Shown: positions 28,208-39,583 of the stretch, piece after piece
Numbering within the stretch: the stretch's first letter is position 1
Layout of the letters: each line of letters starts with the position of its first letter
Notes under the pieces: model-generated
The model's input: the letters and a program-made list of their open reading frames with translations, nothing else
Told to the model about the DNA's origin: nothing
Databases searched by the model: none
Translations under genes and position numbers: made by a program
Assembly: GCF_902713615.1 (NCBI RefSeq)
Contig: NC_052157.1
Span: 75,705,411 to 75,769,410 of the forward strand
Source: Scyliorhinus canicula
Lineage: Eukaryota
Direction: 5' to 3'
DNA: 64,000 bases

Positions 28208-29875
28208 TCAAACTCCTCTGATGCTCACTGGGTCGTGTGTTTCAAGCGTGACACAATTTCTTTTGCTCCAGACACCATGCTTCTCTAATTCAATTGTATG
28301 TGTACCCAGAATCTGAACAATCTTGTCTTTACATTTTACAGTCTCGCGAATGATTTTCCCCGCAGTCTTAGTTGGTAACTTCACCCAAACTTCGTCTCCT
28401 ACTTGATAATTCCCAGATTCACTTGGGTCTCCTTGTCCCTGGGGGACAGAGGTTCCAAGGTTGCTATTAAGATCAAATACTATTCTTTCAATGTCTTTAT
28501 CCCAGCCTTTATTATTCTGATTCTTTATGATCCAATCCTTTACTTTTCTTACAGACCTCTCAGCCATTCCATTACTCTCAGGTGCATATTTCACGGCCCA
28601 ATTGATTGTTATTCCTCTGTCAGCACAAAAGTTAATAACAGTATTGTTTCTAAAGTGTGGCGCGTTGTCCATTCGGATCGATTCTGGTCTACCTCTGGAG
28701 GTCATCATTTCTGCCAATACCTTTTTGGTTGTGGCTCCATTTGCTTTGCTGGTTGCTCTAAGGTCAATTTCTCCCGTGCAGCTATCAGCTTTGACTAAAA
28801 AATACAAATTACCTTTGCTGCTTCTGGGAAAAAGTGGTCCTGCATAATCTAATGACCATTCCTGCATTGGTTTCTCAGTTTTTATGCTCCCATATGTTTT
28901 ATTTCCTCTCTGTCCTCCACAGGCCATACATCTCTCACATTTTCTCCTTACTGCAGTTAAATGTTGTCTCCAATAGGCTATTTTAAGTCCCAACTTCTTC
29001 AACTCCCTTGAGACTACAACATGACCCCCATGTCCTGTGGCTTCATGTACTTGCTTAATTATCATTTGATGGTCGGCTGCTGAGTTCCCAAGAGTCCCCA
29101 AGATTATTGTCCTAAGTCTGGCTAATTCATCCACTTCCTGATTCCCCTTACACAGTTCCCCAATTCCTCTCTTTGGTTTGACTATTTCCTCATTCTCGGA
29201 TGAGGATGATAATTCTTCCTGTCCCATCACAGGAGGCGCCATAATCCCAACTATGCCTTGTTCCTCTTCACTTTCTTGTGGTTCAACGAAATGATCGATA
29301 AACGCTTCTTTCTTATGTGTGGCAGATTGCTGAGGCCAATTTTCTTCCTGAAACAGACTTGGATCTGGGTATGGAAAATTGTATCCCGTTGGGAAATTTT
29401 CACAGGAGTCCGAATTCTCTCGGCTATCTGATTCTAGGCCTGATTCCTCGTCACTTTCCATTTCTAATGGTTCATTTTTCTGCAGTTGTTTTATATATTT
29501 GCCTACCACTTCAGAGTTAATTTTGTGTTTACTATGGATCTGTATTATTTCTGTCCTGTTTACTCCGTCAATGATTTTAATCAGTTTGGAACACACTTTG
29601 CCCACTTGAGCAGCTGCATGCTTCTGTCTGTGTCCAAATACGATTAGTGATTCAGCTCGCTTTTCAAATGCAAACTGACAAAGTGCTTTAAGGACCCTGA
29701 CTGAATCTGTATATTGCAGGGCTTTTGGCACTCTAACAAAGAGGGAGATATCTCCGTCTGGATACATATCTCCTGTCCAGGATTTCTTTTGCTCTTTTAA
29801 TTTCTTCCATTCCCTTTTCATTTCTACATTTCTCTTGACCGTATCCCAGGGCATGAGAATTACCCTAATTGCCAT
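28208..29875 (-). CDS. 555-aa protein: degenerate RNase H-like N-terminal domain + acidic insert + retroviral integrase (HHCC, D,D(35)E core, SH3-like C-terminus)
   Basis: Open frame 28208..29920. First ATG at 29875 in strong Kozak context (aaaATGg). H-X4-H-X30-C-X2-C (HEATGH...CERC). Core WSLDYAGPL...IRMDNAPHF...ESNGMAER with exactly 35 residues between the second D and E. YQVGDEVWVK C-terminal motif. YTDS and GNQEVDELAR are RNase H-like motifs. Confidence 0.92.
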   Translation of the reverse strand: MAIRVILMPWDTVKRNVEMKREWKKLKEQKKSWTGDMYPDGDISLFVRVPKALQYTDSVRVLKALCQFAFEKRAESLIVFGHRQKHAAAQVGKVCSKLIKIIDGVNRTEIIQIHSKHKINSEVVGKYIKQLQKNEPLEMESDEESGLESDSRENSDSCENFPTGYNFPYPDPSLFQEENWPQQSATHKKEAFIDHFVEPQESEEEQGIVGIMAPPVMGQEELSSSSENEEIVKPKRGIGELCKGNQEVDELARLRTIILGTLGNSAADHQMIIKQVHEATGHGGHVVVSRELKKLGLKIAYWRQHLTAVRRKCERCMACGGQRGNKTYGSIKTEKPMQEWSLDYAGPLFPRSSKGNLYFLVKADSCTGEIDLRATSKANGATTKKVLAEMMTSRGRPESIRMDNAPHFRNNTVINFCADRGITINWAVKYAPESNGMAERSVRKVKDWIIKNQNNKGWDKDIERIVFDLNSNLGTSVPQGQGDPSESGNYQVGDEVWVKLPTKTAGKIIRETVKCKDKIVQILGTHTIELEKHGVWSKRNCVTLETHDPVSIRGV

Positions 29876-30108
29876 TTTCGGATTTTTAGTTCTGTTCCTG
29901 GTTGTCCCTTTCAGGTGCACTCTGAAATTAAGGATAAGTACCCTTTCTGGGCCCTATCCAAGGCTGACCAAGGCACTATCTTCCTGCTCTAGTTAAGGGT
30001 CGATTGATTATTGGTTTCTGAATATAAGCGTCCCTATTTTCCAGAAAATGTCCGCACAATCCGCCTTACTCTGAGGATGATTTATTCTTTAGCCCCTACT
30101 CTGCTTAA

Positions 30109-30336
30109 CTAGAAACTTCTAATATTCTAGCCTCGCTTTACCTAGAAACTTCTAATATTCTAGCCTCGCTTTACCTAGAAACTTCTAATATTCTAGCCTC
30201 GCTTTACCTAGAAACTTCTAATATTCTAGGCTTTTCTTGGGAACTAGAAACTTCTAATATTCTAGCCCCTACTCCGCTTAACTAGAAACTTCTAATATTC
30301 TAGCCTCGCTTTACCTAGAAACTTCTAATATTCTAG
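30109..30336. repeat. Leader array: 7 copies of the 22-bp core CTAGAAACTTCTAATATTCTAG with 11-16-bp spacers
   Basis: Cores start at 30109, 30142, 30175, 30208, 30244, 30282 and 30315. Confidence 0.95.
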
Positions 30337-30337
30337 G

Positions 30338-30355
30338 CCTCCACGCTGGGCGCCA
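30338..30355 (-). promoter_or_regulatory. Primer-binding site, tRNA-Lys(1,2)-like
   Basis: Minus strand TGGCGCCCAGCGTGGAGG directly after the 5' LTR, versus canonical Lys1,2 PBS TGGCGCCCAACGTGGGGC. Confidence 0.85.
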
Positions 30356-31221
30356 TGTTTTTTAAATTCACCTATATGTTTTTAGAATTCCCTTTATACC
30401 AGCGAACCTTACGGGCCGATATTCTAAAAACCGCGAACAGGGAACTTCCTCCCTGACTCCAGTACAGGCCTCTGAGAGTGCTAGTCGGGTCAAACTCTCC
30501 TTTCAAGTTATCCCCCGGTATAACTCCTACCTTCACTGAAGAATTTTACTTACTTACCCCTTAATGGCATCGATGTCACGGGTCCTGCGTTCTTAAGGAA
30601 GTGAAGTAAGCTAATAACCACTTTTTCAGGTTAAATTATTTTATTATTAACATACTCTTTCTATCTCATTAAATTAAAAACATTATTTACTTTTTGATGT
30701 TGTCTGGTTGGTTGGTGAGGCCTTCAGACTCTCTCTCTCTCTCTCTCTTTCACTTTCAAGCCTCCTGGTCTTCTCTCCTGGTGCAGTTTTCTCTTTTCCG
30801 GCTGCTGTGGCTCTTGCTGTCCTTCTTGCGTCTTCGGGTGCCGCTGGTGTTCTGCTCCTGGTGTCTTTGTTCTGCTTCTTGCCTCGTGGGGAGAAAAAGG
30901 GGAGGAGTCTGAAGTCCACGCTGGTTTCTTTGTTTCAGCTGTTCTGATCGGGACCTCTGATAAGGATCGGACTTCGGGTCTTAAAGGGGCAGTCCATCAC
31001 AATTTTCCAACAACACAAAGAGATTTTTTAAAACTTTTTTCTTTTGCCTTTTTCCTGCTGCAGGTTGTAATAACCATTCTGATAGACTGAAATTGCTGCC
31101 CACAGTTTCTGTGCCCTTCAGCTGCCACCAACCTCTTGTGGGATCTTTCCCTGCACTCTCCCCGATCAGATGTTGGCAGACCTCTATGTTTCAAATGACA
31201 CATTCTGTATTTTCCAGAACA
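30356..31221 (-). repeat. 5' LTR (866 bp)
   Basis: Direct repeat of 26041-26906, followed on the minus strand by the PBS. Confidence 0.95.
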
Positions 31222-31449
31222 GAAGGTTCTGATCAAATATTATGTTTAGTGACTGTGATGAGCTGGTAAATTTAGAAATTCCCTATAGTTTCCCAGAAGT
31301 GGCTTTCGCTAGATCAAACGCCATGATGGGAGATTTGTTGAAGTAACGGAATTTTAGGACAAAAGTAAAATAAATGTGGTCAGCGGAATGGAAACATAAC
31401 AGCTGTCCAACCACAAGACCTACCATAGTAAACACGACAATGGTCCCAG

Positions 31450-33480
31450 ATATGCCCGCTTAGTTTGATTAATATTCGTGAACAGATATGGTAGGGAGAT
31501 GGAGTCCTATGTACTGTTCCATAACAGCGGCAATCAAGGACAAGAGATAAAAACAGCAAGGGAAGTGAGGAAAGTGAGCAGCACAGAAGTAACGTGACCG
31601 TGCCGGAAAATTAGGCTTTAAAAAATATTCAGGCCGGAATAAGGTACGTTATAACGACTACCCTTAAGGTTCTGTATGCAAACGGACAGAGTGTTGGAAA
31701 TAAAATTAATGAATTAGTTGGACAGACAGGTGAAAAGTGGTGGAATAGAATTGGGATTGAAGAAAAATGGCTCCAAGGTGACCAAGGATGGGATCTAAAC
31801 ATTGAGGGATGATCAGTTCACTAGGAAGGACAGACATAAACGAAAAGGCGGTGAGTTGCACTAGTGATTAGAGGAGAATTTGATACAATATCGAGGAAAG
31901 ATGTTTGCAAAGATGATATGGAATCTGTCTGGGTCCATTTAAGGATCATGAAGCAAAATAAATATTGGTCGGGGTGGTATCCAGTAGACAATCCCCGTGG
32001 TAAAGTTGGGAATAACAATAGAAAGGAAATCAGAGATATATGTGATAAAAGAACACATGTGATTATGGGTGACTTTATTCTGTATATATATATTGCGTTA
32101 GTAAAATTCGTCACAGTAGAATAGGGCAGGAATTTCCAAAATATTGAGAGGATATTTTTCTGCACCGATGCGGTCAGCAAACAACAACGGACAGGTAATC
32201 ACGACTTGGATATTAGGTAAAGAGAAAGGACTGGTTGGCAGTTTAGTTCTGAGTTATCACTTAGAGATGAGTTGCCAATATATGACAGAATGTTTTTATC
32301 AAGTCAGGCAGTTGATTCTGTGACCTGGGTCCTGAACTTCTATAACAGTAAGTATGAGGGCTTGGGGCATATTATGGATTGCGGGGCATTACTGAAAGTA
32401 AGGACAGTGGATAGGCAATGGCAAAGAGTCAAGAAACGAACAGGTAAACTTCAAACGTTTTTCCTATATGACGCAAGAGTAGAACATGGCTTCCAAGGGA
32501 AAATAGAGATAACATTATATGGAATAACGAGCCACACACATTATTAAGAACAAACCATAGGCATGACGATTGGGCACAGTTTATACCTCAGAAAAGGCGG
32601 CGAACCAAGGGATTGGTGAAGAATGGAACTTACAATCTGAAGATAAGGCAGTGCAGAACATAACATCTGACAGCGAAAGTTTCTATGAGGAAAAGCGGAG
32701 AAAATGTATAACGTATATGGATGCAACATTATCCGCGATGTAGCAAAAATAGTAAGGCAGATTATGAATTAAATTCAGAGAAAAACGATATTCAGCGAGA
32801 CATTGGTGTCATCGTCGATCAGTCGCTAACAGTGGTCGCACAGATACATCAGGAAATAGAGAAGGCAAAGCTTAATATCAATGCGATTTGTGCATAGAAA
32901 TAGGTATGTTCTTCTGCAATTGTGAGGTCACACCTGGATTATTTTATGTAGCTTTGGTGCCCTTATCTGAAGAATGATCTTCTTGCTGTGGATGGAGTTG
33001 ATGGATGGAGTGTCGCGAATATGTACCAGGCTGCCATGTCGGGATTCTCCTATGAAGCAAGATTAAGTCAGTTATGATTATATTCACTGCCGTTTCGAAG
33101 AGTGAGCGGGAATCTCACAGAAACATAGAACAATCTAACAGGGGTGGACAGCGTCAATTCAAAAAGAATGTTCCTAATGGTGGGGGTTTTTGAGGACAAG
33201 GGGTAAACTCTTTGGGACTGAAGTGAGGAGAAACGTATTCGCCCAGAGAGTGGTAAATCTGTGTAATCCACTACCACAGAAAGTACTTGGGCCCAAACGT
33301 TTCACGGCATTTTATGGTGGAGTTCGATATAGGTCTTGGGCTAAAGGGATCAAGTGATACGTGGACAAGGCTGGATAAGGTACTGAACTTGATGATCAAC
33401 CATGGTCATAATGCTGGTGGAGCAGGCTAGCAAGGACGACTGTTCTTCTGCTGCTTCTAGTTTCGATGGCTGTTTCTGTG
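31450..33480 (+). mobile_element. Old, internally deleted CR1 LINE
   Basis: Endonuclease-like residues (MESVWVHLR, VIMGDF) and a CR1 3' end near 33050-33480. Confidence 0.7.
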
Positions 33481-34339
33481 GGTCTAAATTTACAGTTGTC
33501 TCGAGGGAGTATATCAGCATATTTAACTGTTATCGAAGCAGTGTGTTCTTCGATATTATTCCTTTAATGTTAGTATTGTAGTTTCACATTTATTAATAAA
33601 TTAATAATGCCGTTTTAATGCAAGGAAAATATTATGTCTCGCAACTGACATCGGCGGGCACTTGGTCAACGGAGAACTGCCCAAACGCTCTGTTTGCAAT
33701 GTCTAAATTCGTGAAATGCAGAGCTTTGACAATCAGAAAAAATATATATTTCTCAGTAACCACATGTAAAAATGTTACTTTGCGAAAATAAAAACCGTCT
33801 TCCTTCACTAAATGTCACGAAACTTCATTTTCAGCAGTAATCTTGGAATCGCCCTCTCGCTTCTATGAATGATATAGGACCGTGTAAGTACCGCCCACGA
33901 TTCTTAACATCCATAATTTATGATACGCAACAATGACCATTGAAGAGACAAACATTGCCTGGCATTTTGATAAGATTGGTTTTGCAATTTTGTGAAGTTT
34001 GGCAAGACTGTTTCGGTTGGGTTCAACCTTGCGTCGCTGGCAACGATGAGAATCCATTTGTGTGCGGTTGAACGTTCATTGACATTGGGGAACAATGCAA
34101 GTTTGTTGATGCGAAAATAATTTTCAAGAGTTGAATGTGTCATATTTTGGACTTCAAAGGAGAGTGCTAATGTCAACAAACTTAAATGATTAAGGAAAAC
34201 AGTTGAAGAGATACCACGAGTGTAATATATCAGATAAAATGAAACGCAGGATGGGATGTTTCGAAATCAGCATTTTACTGTGTATTATAGGAGGTAAGGG
34301 AAGTGGGATGTTATCGAAAATGATAACGAATGCAAAAAT

Positions 34340-37300
34340 ACACAGATACATTGAAGAAAGGAACAGAAGGAGGCCTTTTAGCCCTATGAGCCTGCTCCCC
34401 ATTGTCCCCCATCATCCAAATCAATAAACTAATCCTACTTTCTCCCCATTGTCTTTGAGCCATTCTCGGCAGGTGTTATATCTAGCCGCCTTTTGAATGT
34501 ATTAAAGGTTTTTGCATGAACTACGTCCTGTGGTAATCAATTCCACAGTCTCACAACTCTTTGTGTGAAGACATGTATCCTTATCTCTGTCCGTAATGGC
34601 TTATCTTGAATCCTCAGACTGTGACCCCTGGTTATGGGGACACCCATCATTGGTAACATATTTCCTGCATCTACCCTGTCTAGTCCCTTTAAAAAATGAT
34701 TAGTTTCTATGAGATCCCTCTCATTCTTCTGAGCTCCAGCGTGAAAAATCCCAACCAAGTCAATCTCTCCTCATATGAAAGTTCCGCAATCCCTTGTATT
34801 CATCTGGTAAACCTTCGCTGCACTCCGTCACTAACAAGAACATACTCCTCAGAGAAGGAGACCACAACTGCACACAAAACTGATCAAGGCACTGTATAAT
34901 TGCAGCAGCACATCCCTGCTTCTATAGATGTGCGGGTTAGGTGGATTGGTGCTAGGTGGATTGGTGCGGGTTAGGTGCTCCAAAGGTGTGCGGGTTAGGT
35001 GGATTGGCCAGGCTAAATTGCCTGTAGTGTCCTAAAAAGTAAGGTTGGGGGGGGGGGGGTGGGAGTTGTTGGGTTACGGGTATAGGGTGGATACGTGGGT
35101 TTGAGTAGGGTGATCATTGCTCGGCACAACATCGAGGGCCAAAGGGCCTGTTCTGTGCTGTACTGTACTATGTTCTATTACCCTTCTTTACCATCTGCTG
35201 CACATGCATGCATCCCTTCAGCGAATGGTGCACAAGGACACCCAACTCTCGCTACACACTCTCCTGTCCCAATTTACAAGCATTCTGGTAACAAACTGCC
35301 TTCCTATTTTTGCTTCCAAAGAGATTCACCCCACACTTATCCAAATTATACTGAATCTGGAATTGATTTGCCCCCTCGCCCAACGTGTCTCAATCATGCT
35401 GTTGGATCCCTGCAACGATGTGACAATTCAACCTCCCGCCAAACCTGGTATCACCTGCAAACGTTGAGTTGTTACATTTTGTTCCCTCATTCAAAATCAT
35501 TAATATATATTGTGAATAGCTGGGGCCACAGAACCGATCCTGGTGGTGCCCGCACTATTTACTGGCAGTGAATATGAAAATGATCCATTCATCCCCACTC
35601 GTTGATTCCTCTGTGCCAACCAGTTTTCTATCCACCTCAATACATTTTCCAAAAAACAATCCGCTTTAATTTTGTACAATAATCTCCCATGCAGGCCATT
35701 GTCAAACGCCTTCTGAAAGTCCAAATACAGCACATCGACTGACACCCCCTTGTATTTAATTATTTTTTAAAGTTAGAGCACCCAACTCATTTTTTTATTT
35801 CAATGAAGGCGCAATTTTTGCGTGGCCAATCCACCTAGCTTGCCCGTTATTTGGGTTGCGGGCGCGAAACCCACGCAATCATGGGCAGAATGTGCAAACT
35901 CCACACGAACAGTAATGCGGGGTCGGGATCGAACCCTGGACCACGGCAGCGTGAGGCAGCAGTGCTAACCCCCTGCGCCAACATGCCGCCCTGGCTCCCC
36001 CTTTTGAACTGTAGTGGTTGCATCTTCAAATAATTCCAACAGATTTTTCAAGCACGATTTTCCGTTCATAAATCCATGCTGACTCTGACTGATCCTGCCA
36101 CGGTTTTCTAAATTGTTCCGCTGTAAAGTCATTGATAATGCATTCAAGCATTTCCCCACTACTGATGCTATGCCTACTGATGTATGAATCCCTGCTTTCG
36201 CTCTACCTCCCTTTGTGTATATCGGGGTGAGGGGAGCTACCTCCGATTTGCAGGCACAGTTTCAGAGTAGCTAGAATTTCGGAAGATGACCACCAAGGCA
36301 TCCAGTTTTTTCAGAGCCACTTCCTAAAGCACTCTGGGGTGCATATTCTCAGGCCCTGGGGATTGATCCGCCTTCAATTCGATCAATATACCCAGTACCA
36401 TTTCTCTACAACTGTTGACGTCCCTCAGTTCTTCCCTCTCACTGAACATTTCATTCTCCAAAATTTCTGGTAGGTGATGTGTGCGCTTTTATGAAGACAG
36501 AACCAAATTATGTATTCAATTGCTCAGCCATAATTTGGTCCCAAATTATGAATTTCCCTGTTTCTGTAGGGGCCCACCATTTCTCTTTACACAGCTCTTT
36601 CTCGTCACCTATTTATAGAAACACGAAGTGTCAGTCTTTGTCTTCCCTGCAAGATTCCTTTCGTACTGTACTTTCCCCTTCTTAATCAATCCATTCGTTG
36701 CTGAGTTCTAAACTGCATCTAACCTTCAGACGTATTATTTTTCTTGGCCTGTCTGTGCGCTTCTTCCTTGGATGGGGTAATATTTCTATTTTCCTTTGTA
36801 ATCCATCGGTGGGCCCTCTTACCCCCTTTGCTTTAGTGTCAGACAGGAATAAACGGTTGCTGTGGATCCCCCATGCGTTCCTTTAATGTTTGCTATTGTC
36901 TATCCACTGCCATCCCTTTACGTAACTCTCCCCATTCCACCAAGTCCAACGGACGCATCGTATCTTCACAGTTACCTTTGTTAAGATTCAGCACCCTAGT
37001 CTCCATATCAACTACTTCACATCTTGATAAAACAATTCTATCATGTTAAGGTCGGTCATCCTCACGGGGTATCGTGCAGCCAGATTGGAAATAATTGCCC
37101 TCTCATTGCACAGTGCCCAGTCTAAGATGGCCTTTTCTCTAATTGGTTCCTCCACATATTCGGCAAATAAACCATCCCGCATGCACTCCAAGAATCCCTC
37201 CTCCACGGCATTGTGGCTAATTTGATTTGCCCAATATATTTGAAGATTACAATCACGCATGATCACCAATATTTACTTCTTACATGCATCTCTAATTTCG

Positions 37301-39050
37301 TGTTTAATTCCATTCCAGCCTCACCACTGCAGCTTGGGGGTCTATATATGACACCAACTGATTTGTTTTGCCCCTTGGTATTTGTCAACTCTATCAATGC
37401 AGATTCCACATTGACGGAGCAAATATCCTTTCTCACAACTGTGTTAATTTCCTCTTTAACCAACAGTTCCGTGCCATTATTTTCTTTTATGCCTGTCCTT
37501 CCTAACCACTGAAATCCTGGCACATTCAGTTCCCATTCCTGGTCACTCTGCAGCCATGTCTCCATAATCCCAATTATATCATACCCATTTATATCTATCT
37601 GCACGACTATGTCATCCACTTTATTGCAAATGCTCGGTACATTAAGGCACAGAGCGTTTAAATTTGCCTTTTTCACAAAGATTTTCAAAATAAAATTAGA
37701 GCACCTAAATCATTTTTCGAATTACGGGGCAATTTAACGTGGCCATTCCACCTACCTTGCACATCTTTGTGCTGTGGGGGCGAAAACTATGCAAACAAGG
37801 GGAGAATGTTCCAACTCCACACAGGCAGTGACTTCGGGCCGGGATCGAAAATTGGAACTCCGCAAAGTGAGCCGACAGGGCTAACAACTGTGCAACCCTG
37901 CTGGCCTCTCACTATCAGAATGTTTGTCTTGCTCGCAATATTTTTCTCTTTTACCCTGTCTGAATTTTGGTTTTGGATTCTCCACCTATCACTTTTTCTT
38001 ATTCACTTTTCTACCTTTTCTTTTTGTCCTTGTTTCCTCTTTTTCATATTCTTTGCATGGGTTCCCATAACCCTGGCATGTTAGTTTAAACCTTCCCCAA
38101 TTGCGCTCGCAAACAACACCGTCAGACCTCAGTTCCAGTCGTACCCGTGTGTAACCCGTACAGTTTGTACAGGTTCCACCTCCCTAGAACCGGTCCTATT
38201 GCCACACGAATCTGATACTATACCCCTGACACCATCTTTTCAGCCACGTATTCCTCCAAAATATCCTGTCATTTCTACTCTGACTAGCACGTGGCACCGG
38301 AAGTAATCCTGAGAACACTACCTTTGAGGTCCGATTACTTAACTTCCTTCCTAACTCCATGTATTCTGCTTTTCAGACCTAATCCTTTTTTTACCTATGT
38401 AGTTTGTACCGATATGTACCACGGCCCCTGGTTGATCACCGCCCCCCCCCCACCCTCCAGAATGCAGAATGTGCTGTACCCGCTCCGAGACATTCTTGAC
38501 CCTAGTACCAGGGAGACAAACATGCCATCCCGGGGCCTGGTTTGCGACCACCGAAACGTCTGTCTATTCCCCTTCCAATTATATACCCTATAATTACTGC
38601 ACTTGCATACATATTACACCTCCGCTCTGCAGCACAACGAACCATAGTCCCACGAGTTTGCCTGTAGCTGTTTTCCCCTGAGAGGCCATTCCCCTTAACA
38701 GCATCCAAAATAGTATATATTTTTTTGCAGGGGAATGGTCATGGGATATTCCTGCACTACCTGCCTAGCTCTCTTGCTCTGTATGGTGGTGACACATTCA
38801 CTTCCTGCCTGCGGAGTCTGAGCTTGAGGAGTGACCATCTCTCTGTACGTGATATACACGATGCTCTCCGACTCGCGGTTCCGACACAGTGATTACAGCC
38901 GCAGCTCCAGCTCAGAAACTGAAGCTTCCAAAGATGTATCTAAATACACTTCCTTCACAAATGTTGAACCTGGGGACTGAAATAGTCCCCAGTCTGCCAC
39001 ATGGAGCAAATGGAGCAAATCACCCCTTGGAGCTCTCCCATGAGTTATTG
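34340..39050 (-). mobile_element. Near-full-length degenerate CR1 LINE (ORF1 esterase-like + ORF2 EN/RT) with SINE insertions at ~34925-35178, ~35760-35990 and ~37690-37905
   Basis: ORF1 motif VCLPGTRVKNVSERV...VVHIGTN (38351-38551). EN motifs LNVPSICNK...IGIMETWL...VIYRPP (37263-37688). RT motifs QHGFMNGKSCL and YLDFQKAFD. CR1 C-terminus at 34537-34758. Confidence 0.9.
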
Positions 39051-39246
39051 CTTTCAAATTAACTTTTTACATTACACTTTTGAAAGATGGTTTTGTGTCA
39101 GATTATATTCAATTTCTCCTATACTGATTAATTAGCTTTTAAAAAAAACTTTATTGATCCCTTTGATCTGAAATCAAATTACAAATAGTATTTAAAACCA
39201 AATTAAGACAGTTATTATATCAACTTGAAAGTAGTAATATAAATTA

Positions 39247-39583
39247 GGACAGCACGGTAGCATTGTGGATAGCACAGTCGCTTCACAGCTCCAGGGTCCC
39301 AGGTTCGATTCTGGCTTGTGTCAATGTCTGTGCGGAGTCTGCACATCCTCCCCGCGTGTGCGTGGATTTCCTCTGGGTGCTGCGGTCTCCTCCCACAGTC
39401 ACAAAGATGTGCAGGTTAGATGGATTGGGCATGATAAATTGCCCTTAGTGTCCAAAATTGCCCTTACTGTTGGGTGGAGTTACTAGGTTATGGGGATAGG
39501 GTGAAGATGTGGACCTTGGGTAGGGTGCTCTTTCCCAGACTCGATGGGCCGAATGGCCTCCTTCTGCACTGTAAATTCTATGA
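39247..39583 (+). mobile_element. Full-length tRNA-derived SINE with CR1-like tail
   Basis: Head ggacagcacggtagcattgtgg, B-box ggttcgattc, tail gggccgaatggcctccttctgcactgtaaattctatg. Confidence 0.9.

Larger units (their letters stand above)
26041..31221 (-). mobile_element. Complete young LTR retroelement encoding only an RNase H-like/integrase protein (no gag-CA, PR, RT or env detected)
   Basis: Two 866-bp direct repeats offset by 4315 bp. Termini TGTT...AACA. GAAG on both flanks (26037-26040, 31222-31225). PBS next to the right LTR and purine tract next to the left LTR fix the minus orientation. Confidence 0.95.

Noticed and set aside
28403-29609. Plus-strand ORFs antisense to the integrase
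   Set aside because: Short shadow frames with no recognisable motifs.
28208-29920. Ginger/Maverick DNA-transposon integrase or domesticated host gene
   Set aside because: The ORF lies between long direct LTRs with PBS, PPT and 4-bp TSD. There are no long terminal inverted repeats, introns or polB/ATPase genes.
29876-29920. ORF start as given in the track (570 aa)
   Set aside because: That start is GTG. The first ATG, in strong Kozak context, is at 29875.
30109-30336. CRISPR array
   Set aside because: Repeat-spacer appearance only. Spacers are 11-16 bp and reused, there are no cas genes, and the context is a vertebrate LTR-element leader.
39247-39320. tRNA genes
   Set aside because: A/B boxes here and elsewhere belong to SINE heads followed by the SINE body; no complete cloverleaf was recognised.
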